Source: Chitinophaga pinensis (lineage in GTDB: Bacteria > Bacteroidota > Bacteroidia > UBA7662). From it: DNA of 64,000 nt. The stretch covers positions 1,169 to 65,168 of the forward strand of contig CAMCHJ010000004.1 in NCBI GenBank assembly GCA_945874665.1. The letters are read 5' to 3'. A model generated the notes under the pieces. The model was not told the origin of the DNA and did not search any database. It was given only the letters and a program-made list of their open reading frames with translations. A program made the position numbers and the translations under genes. Shown one piece after another: positions 1 through 8,262 of this stretch (its first letter is position 1; every line of letters begins with the position of its first letter).

Positions 1-357
1 TGACCGTTGTATGAAAATAAAGCCTTGCAGTATTTCGGTGATGCCGCTAAACAAAATACCCACGAGGATGCTGTAAAAACCTGCATCAAATCGTAGCGTG
101 GGAATGGCATTTTGCTTGCGGAAGGCTTGCGCCCAAAGCATTGTGAATACAAAGAAAAGCCCGAAGTGAATGAACTTATCAGTGCTGATAAGTTCATTCT
201 TCGGGAAACTATAACCAGGCAAGCCGGTTAGCAACAAAATGAGCGCTGTCCATAGCAAGGCCGGCAGGCAGAAATTAAACAAATTACCTAACCTGGCTCG
301 TTTTACGCGGCGGATTTGGCCGCTTAAATTATTGCCCAATATGTTGTTTATAATCAT
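1..357 (-). CDS. VanZ family membrane protein (N-terminus present, runs off window start)
   Basis: Manual minus-strand translation gives MIINNILGNNLSGQIRRVKRARLGNLFNFCLPALLWTALILLLTGLPGYSFPKNELISTDKFIHFGLFFVFTMLWAQAFRK...SGITEILQGFIFIQRS. The DKxxHF and E..Q.f.p.R motifs and the transmembrane segments are typical of VanZ. The start overlaps the gcvH stop by about 29 nt. Confidence 0.4.
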   Translation of the reverse strand, partial: MIINNILGNNLSGQIRRVKRARLGNLFNFCLPALLWTALILLLTGLPGYSFPKNELISTDKFIHFGLFFVFTMLWAQAFRKQNAIPTLRFDAGFYSILVGILFSGITEILQGFIFIQRS

Positions 358-709
358 CAGCTGACATCAAGCTGTCGATTTCAGCAGCATCTGTGATTTT
401 AATTTTGATCATCCAACCAGCGGTGTAAGGATCACTATTCAGCACTTCAGGGGCGCTGTCGAGTCCGGCGTTTTTCTCTAAAATTTCGCCAGTCAGGGGC
501 ATAAACAAATCAGAAACGGTTTTTACAGCTTCTACGGTGCCAAATACCTCATCGCGACCAACGGTTTGGCCTACCGTTTCAATCTCTACAAACACGATGT
601 CTCCCAATTCGCTTTGCGCAAAATCGGTAACGCCTACTGTGGCTACATCGCCATCAATCAACACCCATTCGTGTTCCTTGGTGTACTTTAAGTTAGCTGG
701 AAAATTCAT
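329..709 (-). CDS. gcvH: glycine cleavage system protein H
   Basis: 126 aa. Lipoyl-lysine motif region EAVKTVSDLFMP. Typical GcvH length and sequence. Confidence 0.9.
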   Translation of the reverse strand: MNFPANLKYTKEHEWVLIDGDVATVGVTDFAQSELGDIVFVEIETVGQTVGRDEVFGTVEAVKTVSDLFMPLTGEILEKNAGLDSAPEVLNSDPYTAGWMIKIKITDAAEIDSLMSADDYKQHIGQ

Positions 710-754
710 GATATATTTTTTGTCAAATTTAGCATTATTTCGGTAGAGATGGCT

Positions 755-1822
755 TTATAGGTTGATTTCTAGCGTACCTAATTTTTCGAGCACCATTCCG
801 GCTTTTTCATTGTACCGGCCTTTGCGGAAGATGTTGTTCTGCTCTTTCAAAAGCCCTTTTCGAATAACCTTTTGCTTGTCTTCGGGCAGCTGATAAATGT
901 GCTTGCACGCCTCACTGCAGCAGCCGTTGTATGTTTGAGCGCAGGCCTCGCACTGAATAAAGAGGAGGTGGCAGGCCTCGTTGTTGCAATTGGTATGCGA
1001 GTCGGCTTTGCTACCGCACTGGTGGCAATGGGCAATTACTTCATCACTGATGCGCTCGCCCAAGCGCTCGTCGAATACAAAGTTTTTACCTTTAAACTTA
1101 CTAGGAAGGCCTTTATAGTTCACTTGGCGCGCGTATTCGATGATCCCGCCATGCAATTGATTCACATCTTCAAAGCCTAAATGTTTAAAGTAGGCACTGG
1201 CTTTTTCGCAGCGGATGCCACCGGTGCAGTACAAGAGTAGTTTTTTGTCTTTTTTGTCGTGCAGCAAGTCTGCTACCAAAGGGAGTTCTTCGCGGAAGGT
1301 GTCTACATCCGGACAAATAGCCCCTTCGAAATGGCCCACTTCGCTTTCGTAGTGGTTGCGCATATCTACCACAATGGTATCGGGCAGCGCAAGGGCCTCA
1401 TTAAATGCCTCAGCGCTGAGGTGCCGACCTACATTGGTTACGTCAAAGGCACCGTCATTGAGGCCGTCGGCCACAATTTTTTCCCGAATCTTGATGCCGA
1501 GTTTAAAAAAGGACTTGCCATCATCTTCGATAGCGATTTTAAACGGTACTTGGTCGAACTCGGGCCAAGCATACAATTCGTCGATAAATTGCTGATGATT
1601 GGCTTCGGGTACGCTCATTTGAGCGTTGATGCCCTCGCGTGCCACATAAATACGGCCTAAACAGTTGAGGTTTTGGAATTGGATGAAAAGGCGATCGCGT
1701 ACTTCCTGTGGGTTTTCGAGGATTACGTATCGGTAAAAGGAGAGGGTGATGCGCTTAAAATCTTCCTCTTGGAGCCGCTGCTTGAGCAATCGGCGGTCTA
1801 CGCGATTGTGTAGTTGTGTCAT
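755..1822 (-). CDS. trhO: rhodanese-related tRNA uridine(34) hydroxylase (TrhO/YceA family) with Cys-rich C-terminus
   Basis: Rhodanese active-site loop [11 protein letters not shown]. Start placed at the internal Met MTQLHNRV; the upstream part of the long ORF is a non-ATG extension. C-terminal CxxC...CxxC cluster. Confidence 0.7.
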   Translation of the reverse strand: MTQLHNRVDRRLLKQRLQEEDFKRITLSFYRYVILENPQEVRDRLFIQFQNLNCLGRIYVAREGINAQMSVPEANHQQFIDELYAWPEFDQVPFKIAIEDDGKSFFKLGIKIREKIVADGLNDGAFDVTNVGRHLSAEAFNEALALPDTIVVDMRNHYESEVGHFEGAICPDVDTFREELPLVADLLHDKKDKKLLLYCTGGIRCEKASAYFKHLGFEDVNQLHGGIIEYARQVNYKGLPSKFKGKNFVFDERLGERISDEVIAHCHQCGSKADSHTNCNNEACHLLFIQCEACAQTYNGCCSEACKHIYQLPEDKQKVIRKGLLKEQNNIFRKGRYNEKAGMVLEKLGTLEINL

Positions 1823-1920
1823 GAAATAGGGGTAATAAGGTGCATACTTAAACCGGACACAAAGGTACGATATTATGCAAATAGCCGGGAGTTTTGAGGG
1901 GAGAGATTTTGAATACGCCT

Positions 1921-3177
1921 TCAATCGGCGCTTGAAAGCTCCATTTTGCGAATGTCGGCCATGATGGTGGCCGTTGCGCCGGCTTGGCTGGCAAACCACA
2001 TTTTGGCCGCGGTTTTGACTTGCTGGCGGGGGCTTTCGGAGGATAAAAAAGGCTGCAAATCGGCTGCAAGTGCTGCTGCACTGTGTATTTCGAAGCCGAT
2101 TTTGGCTTTTTGCAGGGCTGCTGCTTCTAAGAACTTTTGGTTTTTGGGTCCAAAAAATACTGGAATGCCGTAAACCGCTGGTTCTAATAAATTGTGGATG
2201 CTTTTGCCAAAGCCGCCTCCTACGTAAGCCGCTTGTGCTACATGATACACCTGGCTCAGCATGCCCATGGTGTTGAGCACAAGCACGCGGGCATTGGCGG
2301 CTTTTTCAACACTACTTTGACTATAAATTTGGGTGGTACTATCAAAAAGTGCGGCTGTTTTTGCCAAGCTACTTTGATTGATTTGGTGCGGCACTATTAA
2401 CAAGCGCAAATTTTCGAAGCCAGGGGACGCTAGTAAAGCCGCGAGTATTTTTTCGTCAGCGGGCCAGGTACTGCCGGCTACAAGAACGGTTTGATTTTCA
2501 GCAAAGGCAGTAATAATGGGGTCGGTGAATGGCATTTCGGGCAATGCTAACACGCGATCGAGCCTGGTATCTCCACAAACTGTGACGTTATAATAGCCCA
2601 AACCGCCTAAGAGCTGGGCAGAAACAGCATCTTGTACATAAAAATGCCTTACCGAGGCTAACATCTTCCCCCAAAAAGCTTTTGTTGGCCATTTGAAGAA
2701 GGCTTGATTTGGCCGAAAGGGAGCAGATATTAAGAGAAGAGGGATGTTTCGGCCTTTGAGTAAGGTATAATGATGGTACCAAAACTCGTATTTCACAAAA
2801 ATAGCGATGCTGGGCTGCAGGATATCGAGCCAGCGTTTTACCAAAGCAGGTTTATCCTCCGGCAAATAGCAAATCACATCTGCGCCGCTGTAATTTTTTC
2901 GCATTTCGTAGCCTGAAGGCGAAAAGAAGGTGAGCACAATTACTTGCTCGGGATAAGCGGCACGGTAGGCTTCGATCAGCGGTCGCCCCTGCTCAAATTC
3001 TCCAGCGGAGGCCGTGTGAAACCAAGCTACAGTCTTATTTTGCGGAAGGGATTTAATTGCTTGCCAAATGTTACTGCGGCCTTGTAGCCAGCGTTGTGCT
3101 TGGGCATGACCAAAAAGCGCCAGCAGCCGTACCAACGCCCCGTACAACCAAATGCCGATGTTGTACAGTAGCTGCAT
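1921..3177 (-). CDS. waaA: 3-deoxy-D-manno-octulosonic acid (Kdo) transferase
   Basis: 418 aa. N-terminal [10 protein letters not shown]...[23 protein letters not shown] motif matches the KdtA/WaaA glycosyltransferase N-domain. Confidence 0.8.
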   Translation of the reverse strand: MQLLYNIGIWLYGALVRLLALFGHAQAQRWLQGRSNIWQAIKSLPQNKTVAWFHTASAGEFEQGRPLIEAYRAAYPEQVIVLTFFSPSGYEMRKNYSGADVICYLPEDKPALVKRWLDILQPSIAIFVKYEFWYHHYTLLKGRNIPLLLISAPFRPNQAFFKWPTKAFWGKMLASVRHFYVQDAVSAQLLGGLGYYNVTVCGDTRLDRVLALPEMPFTDPIITAFAENQTVLVAGSTWPADEKILAALLASPGFENLRLLIVPHQINQSSLAKTAALFDSTTQIYSQSSVEKAANARVLVLNTMGMLSQVYHVAQAAYVGGGFGKSIHNLLEPAVYGIPVFFGPKNQKFLEAAALQKAKIGFEIHSAAALAADLQPFLSSESPRQQVKTAAKMWFASQAGATATIMADIRKMELSSAD

Positions 3178-3938
3178 TAATAAAAGAGCATGGCTTTTTC
3201 GGCCCGTTTGTAGAGCGGTAAAATCCAGCCACCTTTGATGCCTATCATCAGGTCGGTGCGCTGGCGGTCATCGCGCAATCCCGTATCATAATTAATGGTA
3301 CGCCGGTTTTCAGTGAAACCTACATGCACATCCAAGCCAACATAAAAGTTAATGAGTTTATTGTTTGAGAGGTGTTGGTAGCCGATGAATGGATTTAAAC
3401 TGAGGCCATTGCTTAAACGGTCGTAGCCGCGTTTATACTCCGTGGTGAGTTGTGGCGTGTTGTTTTGTGGTGTTTCAATCCAAATTTTGTGCTGCATGAC
3501 ACCAGTACCAAGTTCAATTAAAAGACCACTGTTGGGGTTGGGACCGATGACAGGGAAAATTTTACCTACCCTACCGTACAGCAGCCAGCCGAACTGCCGT
3601 AGTCGGAAGTCCTCAAAAACCCCAGTTTGTGTGATGATATCGCCTCCCTTGGTGCTGATGTTGCTCAAAATATCACGTTCGCGAACGGGACCACCAAACA
3701 TGTGGCTGCCACTGACGCTGAACATCCAGCCTTTGGTAGTTTTGTAACTGACATCCAGCCCTACCGTAGCTCCTGTACCAAACCGCTCGGCAAAGATGCC
3801 TGCTGGTACGTAACCCCCTAGGTGCGTTTTAACAAGCACAATGCCTAGGCTTTCTTTGGCCGTGTTTTGTTGGGCAAACGTGCTCACAGTGAGGGAGCTT
3901 AGCAGCAAGAGCAAAAGAAAAAGGCGCATTGGCTTCAT
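3177..3938 (-). CDS. outer membrane beta-barrel protein (hypothetical)
   Basis: Signal peptide MKPMRLFLLLLLLSSLTVSTFAQQ. Alternating beta-strand pattern. C-terminal aromatic residues. Confidence 0.5.
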   Translation of the reverse strand: MKPMRLFLLLLLLSSLTVSTFAQQNTAKESLGIVLVKTHLGGYVPAGIFAERFGTGATVGLDVSYKTTKGWMFSVSGSHMFGGPVRERDILSNISTKGGDIITQTGVFEDFRLRQFGWLLYGRVGKIFPVIGPNPNSGLLIELGTGVMQHKIWIETPQNNTPQLTTEYKRGYDRLSNGLSLNPFIGYQHLSNNKLINFYVGLDVHVGFTENRRTINYDTGLRDDRQRTDLMIGIKGGWILPLYKRAEKAMLFY

Positions 3939-3961
3939 GGAGTAAAAATAGACATTTGCAC

Positions 3962-5122
3962 TTAAGAAAGCGGTAATTGTATGCGGAAGGTGGTTCCTTT
4001 GCCTTGTTCTGATGACTTGACGAATATTTTGCCGTCGTGGTATTTTTCGATAATGCGCTTTACAAGCGTAAGTCCAAGTCCCCAGCCACGCTTACGCGTA
4101 GTAATCCCAGGTTTAAATATGGCTTGAAATTGATTGGCAGGTATGCCTTTACCGGTGTCGGAAAAATCAATAACAGCCATTTTTTGAACGGTGCTGAGCT
4201 GCAATCGAATGGTGCCGTGTCCGCTCATGGCGTCGAGTGCGTTTTTGGTAAGGTTTTCGATTACCCAGTCGAAAAGGGGCTCGTTCAGTGCCACCAGCAC
4301 AGGCTGATCGCCAGTTTCGATTTGAAAAGTTACTTTTTCGGAGGCTCGTTTGCGCATATAGCCCATGCCGCGCTCAATGACTTCTCGCATGTCAACCGGC
4401 TCGAGCACAGGAACAGAGCCTATTTTTGAAAAACGTTCAGTAATGGTTTGCAGGCGCTCAATGTCTTTACCCACTTCTGTTACCATTTCAGCGTCGGCAT
4501 CCTTGGTGGTGCTTTTGAGGTATTCTTGCCATGCCATCAAGGAGCTGATGGGCGTGCCGAGCTGGTGGGCGGTTTCCTTGGCCATCCCCACCCACAAAAA
4601 ATCTTGCTCGTAACGGCGACTCACACTAAATGCGAGGTAGCTGACCAATAAAAAAATGCTGATAACGGCTAGCTGGAAGTAGGGATAATAGCGGAGTTGG
4701 TACAGCAAATCGCTGTCTTTAAAAAAAATGTACTGCCGAATGCCTTCAAGGGGCTCGATTAAAATGGGCTCGTGCTGTTGGCGCATCACGATGAGCTGTC
4801 GCTCCAGGTAGCCTGGCCGTTCGGCTTGCTCAGGGTCGATGTTCAGGTAAGAAAGTATCTGGAGATTGTCGTCGGTGAGGATCACGGGAATGTTGTCGTT
4901 TTCACGTAGGATGTCAAGTAAAAACTCTTGGTTCTGGTCGAGATCTGTGCTTGAACTGAGGTCGCGGGTGGCGCGTGCCCAAAGCAACATCTTCTTTTTT
5001 TCTTGCTTTTCGATGTTGTGCACCACCTGACTGGTGTAGTACAGCGATACCGAGCCAATGACCATGGCAACCAGCAGCAAAACGATTTTCCAGTTGTTTT
5101 TTTTATAGTAGATGGAGAGCAT
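3962..5122 (-). CDS. sensor histidine kinase (orphan, two transmembrane segments)
   Basis: HisKA H-box AHQLGTPISSL. HATPase_c G-boxes GKGIP...GWGLGLTLVKRIIEKYHDGKI. No response regulator in the window. Confidence 0.75.
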   Translation of the reverse strand: MLSIYYKKNNWKIVLLLVAMVIGSVSLYYTSQVVHNIEKQEKKKMLLWARATRDLSSSTDLDQNQEFLLDILRENDNIPVILTDDNLQILSYLNIDPEQAERPGYLERQLIVMRQQHEPILIEPLEGIRQYIFFKDSDLLYQLRYYPYFQLAVISIFLLVSYLAFSVSRRYEQDFLWVGMAKETAHQLGTPISSLMAWQEYLKSTTKDADAEMVTEVGKDIERLQTITERFSKIGSVPVLEPVDMREVIERGMGYMRKRASEKVTFQIETGDQPVLVALNEPLFDWVIENLTKNALDAMSGHGTIRLQLSTVQKMAVIDFSDTGKGIPANQFQAIFKPGITTRKRGWGLGLTLVKRIIEKYHDGKIFVKSSEQGKGTTFRIQLPLS

Positions 5123-5130
5123 GCAAGGGG

Positions 5131-7668
5131 TTAGCCGCCGCGGCGACTTTTAGGTTTACGCAAATAAACGGGATCGAATTCTTTTTCGGGCTCTTTTTGT
5201 AAGGTATCCGCCTCTACGGGAATGGGGGCGATATCGTCGAGTCGGTTGTTTTCGTAGGTTTTTTGGCGGGCTGTGCCGTCTAATTCTTCTTTAATAAGCT
5301 TGCCAAGGTCTTTACGAACAGCAGTAGCGCCTTGTTTGAGCTGGGTGCTGACATCCAATTTGTTGTAGCGAATGCTGAACTCCTCGCCCTGGCCCTCGAG
5401 TACCAAAAACAGCTTCACGCCGCCCTCAGGCTTGTCTTCCGCTAAATTGGGGTCAAAGGTGATTTGCTTCTGGCGTTTTTTCCAGAGATCGCTAAGCGAT
5501 AGCTGGATGTAATAGGTGTAGGCATTATCGAGCGTATGCTTGCCGCTGATGCTCATGCGGGTGGCGTTGGAGTTGATGTCCATTTGAGGGATGTCAATTA
5601 CGCCCTGCATGATTTCGATGTGGTTGGTGAGCCGCTGGAAACGCAGGTTTTGGAGTTCTTTGGCATCTACAAATTTCGAAAGACTGTTGAGTGGTGTGAA
5701 GTTGGTGAGTCCGCCTTGTTGCAGAACGAGATCGGCCACTACCTCCATCTGCTTTGGCAAGAGGTTGTAGTCCTTGTCGAAACGGAGCAGCACACTGCTC
5801 TTTGCATCGAGCTGGCCGCTGAGGTGTTCGTGAGTTAAAAACGACTGGTCGAAATTGTTGAAGGTGCTGAACAGGGTACTGATGTCCATCTGCTTACCTT
5901 GCAAAGCACCCTGGAGCACAAAACCAGCAGGCACCTCCTGCCACCGCAGTCTGCCGTTGAGTTTGCCTTTTGCCAATTGCCAATTGTTGAGCTGAATACG
6001 CATATCTCCGGTATGGCCAGTAAGTTGCACGTCAAGGTCGTCAAAAGCAAAATCGTACCAGTAAAAACGGTCAACTGCTAATTGCAAATCGAAGTTACTA
6101 ATGGGAAGTGTGCTACTACTTTCAGCGCTGCTACTTTCTGTAGCCCAGCGCCAGCGATCGGCCTTGAGTTTGCCGCTGAGTTGCATATTGCCAGCTTTAT
6201 TGTCGTAGAGCGCAGGGTAATTGGCAATGCGTAAATTACCAGAGAGGGCCGTACTATCGAGTTGCAAGCGCTCAATTTGCATCTGCAGCTCAGGTTTGAG
6301 GCCTGCGGTAGTGGCAAAATTACCGGTAAGCGCGCTGAAAGTATAGCCGGGGTACTGGCCCGCCGTGTTTTCAAGGCGCAAGGTGCCTGCAATCAACAAA
6401 GGTTTGTCAGTGCCAGGGTATAGCTGAAAGCGGTGGTTGAGTTGCGCCGTGCCGCTTAAATTGCTGAGCTCGAAATCAGCAAGGGCTTTTTGGTAGCGGC
6501 TGAGGTCTATCTTTCCGCGCACTTCACCTTCTAACAGGTTGTCGCTTTGGCGGTAATGCAGTTTGCCTTTTAATTCACTTGCCTTTTGGTTAAGTTGGAG
6601 ATCGTCGAAGTGCAAATCTAGCAGTGCCTGTCGGCTGTAGGTAGCGCGGATGTTGGTGCTACCGCGGTATTGCAAATCAAGGGCTTTGTAAGCTAGTTTG
6701 GCTTCGCTCAGGGAGGCGGTAATGTTGAGTTCAGGAGCGTTGGGGGTATAGTGCCAGCGTCCTTTGAGGTTGAGGTCGCCATCTACTTCTAATTCTTTAA
6801 AAAAGCCTTCATCATCTTGATAAAAGGCCAGCAATTGCGCAGCTCGGAAGCGCTCAGCGGCAAAGGTAAGGTCGGTTTCAAAAGGCTCGCCCCAGCGGTG
6901 GAAGCCTTGGAGCTGGAGGCGCTCGCGGTTGAGGCGCAGTTCGCTGTTTGGAAAGGTCACGGTTTCAGCGTCGAGGTCTACTTCCATGCTCAAATTGACT
7001 TGGAGCTGCTGGTTTTTGAGAAATTGTTTGTCCTCTAGCTGCAAACTGCCTCCCTCCAGCGAGGCTTTGGCGAGGAGGCGGAATTTACGTTGACTGAAAT
7101 CACCACGGAAATCGGCATCGGTGAAGCTGGCCGACAGCATCTGGTTTTCGCTGGCGTTGAGGTAGTTGAGTTTTACGCGCCTGAGTACCAGTTTATTGAT
7201 GGCAAAGTTAGCCTCGGTATTAGTAGTGCTGTTTTGTGCTTTCCAGATGTTGTAGTTGGGGTGGCCTTCAGCATCAAACCGCAGGTCAATCACAGCGTCA
7301 ACAATGGTGAGTTGTTCAAGGGTGTAGCGCCCGGCGAAGAGGTCTAGTAAACTGAAGGAGAGCGATAGCTTTTGGGCACTGAGCAATGGGTAGTCCTGCA
7401 CCACGGCTTGGTTTACCGCTTGGAGGCTAATATTTGGGAAGCTGAGTGAGATGCTTGGGAAATGTTCGAAAAGGGATACGTAGATGGGGCCGCCGACGGT
7501 AACGGGACTGTCGAGCTGGCCGTTGAGCACAGTTACAATGCGGTTTTTGATCTCTTCTTGATGCGTATACACATAAAGGGTCAAGCTGCCGAGCAGCACA
7601 ACCATCGCTAGTAGCACTGCTACAAGGATTTTCAGAAGGAATTGAAAGCGTTTTGGCATCTCAGGCAA
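5131..7668 (-). CDS. AsmA-family / large envelope-assembly-like membrane protein
   Basis: 845 aa with a single N-terminal transmembrane segment followed by a long predicted beta-rich periplasmic region. Same-strand run with the histidine kinase, the outer membrane protein and waaA. Confidence 0.45.
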   Translation of the reverse strand: MPEMPKRFQFLLKILVAVLLAMVVLLGSLTLYVYTHQEEIKNRIVTVLNGQLDSPVTVGGPIYVSLFEHFPSISLSFPNISLQAVNQAVVQDYPLLSAQKLSLSFSLLDLFAGRYTLEQLTIVDAVIDLRFDAEGHPNYNIWKAQNSTTNTEANFAINKLVLRRVKLNYLNASENQMLSASFTDADFRGDFSQRKFRLLAKASLEGGSLQLEDKQFLKNQQLQVNLSMEVDLDAETVTFPNSELRLNRERLQLQGFHRWGEPFETDLTFAAERFRAAQLLAFYQDDEGFFKELEVDGDLNLKGRWHYTPNAPELNITASLSEAKLAYKALDLQYRGSTNIRATYSRQALLDLHFDDLQLNQKASELKGKLHYRQSDNLLEGEVRGKIDLSRYQKALADFELSNLSGTAQLNHRFQLYPGTDKPLLIAGTLRLENTAGQYPGYTFSALTGNFATTAGLKPELQMQIERLQLDSTALSGNLRIANYPALYDNKAGNMQLSGKLKADRWRWATESSSAESSSTLPISNFDLQLAVDRFYWYDFAFDDLDVQLTGHTGDMRIQLNNWQLAKGKLNGRLRWQEVPAGFVLQGALQGKQMDISTLFSTFNNFDQSFLTHEHLSGQLDAKSSVLLRFDKDYNLLPKQMEVVADLVLQQGGLTNFTPLNSLSKFVDAKELQNLRFQRLTNHIEIMQGVIDIPQMDINSNATRMSISGKHTLDNAYTYYIQLSLSDLWKKRQKQITFDPNLAEDKPEGGVKLFLVLEGQGEEFSIRYNKLDVSTQLKQGATAVRKDLGKLIKEELDGTARQKTYENNRLDDIAPIPVEADTLQKEPEKEFDPVYLRKPKSRRGG

Positions 7669-7770
7669 GTCGAAATATAACCCAAATATCGTTGCTAAAT
7701 TGTGAAAGCGGCAATTCTGCTTATTGGAAATGCATGAAGAAAGATTTTTTTCTTTTTTTTAAGCCAGTGG

Positions 7771-7800
7771 TTGTTCCATTAAAACTCTCTTCTATCTTTG
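7771..7800 (+). promoter_or_regulatory. Bacteroidetes sigmaA-type promoter for tRNA-Val (-33 TTG, 19-nt spacer, -7 TATCTTTG)
   Basis: TTG at 7771-7773, a 19-nt spacer, and TATCTTTG at 7793-7800, which is a perfect TAnnTTTG. The tRNA starts 12 nt downstream, and a T-rich stretch lies upstream. Confidence 0.55.
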
Positions 7801-7811
7801 CAGTCCCTTAA

Positions 7812-7886
7812 GGGCGCATAGCTCAGCTGGTTCAGAGCATCTGCCTTACAAGCAGAGGGTCCGCGGTTCGAATCCGTGTGCGCCCA
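7812..7886 (+). tRNA. tRNA-Val (anticodon TAC)
   Basis: 75-nt cloverleaf: acceptor GGGCGCA/TGCGCCC, D-arm GCTC..GAGC, anticodon stem TCTGC/GCAGA with loop CTTACAA, T-arm CCGCGGTTCGAATCCGTG. No encoded CCA. Confidence 0.9.
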
Positions 7887-7890
7887 CATC

Positions 7891-7925
7891 CAAAAGCTTC
7901 ACTCGAAAGAGTGGAGCTTTTTTCA
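7891..7925 (+). terminator. rho-independent terminator after tRNA-Val
   Basis: AAGCTTCACTC-GAAA-GAGTGGAGCTT stem with one G-U pair, followed by TTTTTTC. Confidence 0.6.
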
Positions 7926-7954
7926 TTTAGAGAAATTTGCCAAGCTGCAAGCTT

Positions 7955-8262
7955 GAGCAAATTTCGAAAAATGAAAAAAGCCCAGACCGCGCAGCGGACT
8001 GCAGCTTTGGATGTGTTTTTTATTGAGCTGGGGCGGATGGCGAGCGCAGCGAGACAATCCGTGAGTTTGAGCAAATTTCGAAAAATGAAAAAAGCCCAGA
8101 CCGCGCAGCGGACTGCAGCTTTGGATGTGTTTTTAGATAGAGCTGTTTCGGATGGCGAGCGCAGCGAGACAATCTGTGAGTTTGAGCAAATTTCGAAAAA
8201 TGAAAAAAGCCCAGACCGCGCAGCGGACTGCAGCTTTGGATGTGTTTTTTTTATTGAGCTAC
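7955..8262. repeat. non-coding tandem repeat array, about 2.7 copies of a 114-115 bp unit
   Basis: Units begin at 7955, 8069 and 8184. The first about 66 nt of each unit (GAGCAAATTTCGAAAAATGAAAAAAGCCCAGACCGCGCAGCGGACTGCAGCTTTGGATGTGTTTTT) are identical across all three. The distal about 48 nt are about 90% identical between units 1 and 2. The array abuts the stop codon of the convergent aminopeptidase gene. Confidence 0.85.

Noticed and set aside
7955-8262. CRISPR array interpretation of the tandem repeat
   Set aside because: The spacer-like portion is itself about 90% repeated. The unit length of about 115 bp is far from CRISPR repeat-plus-spacer periodicity. There are no cas genes.
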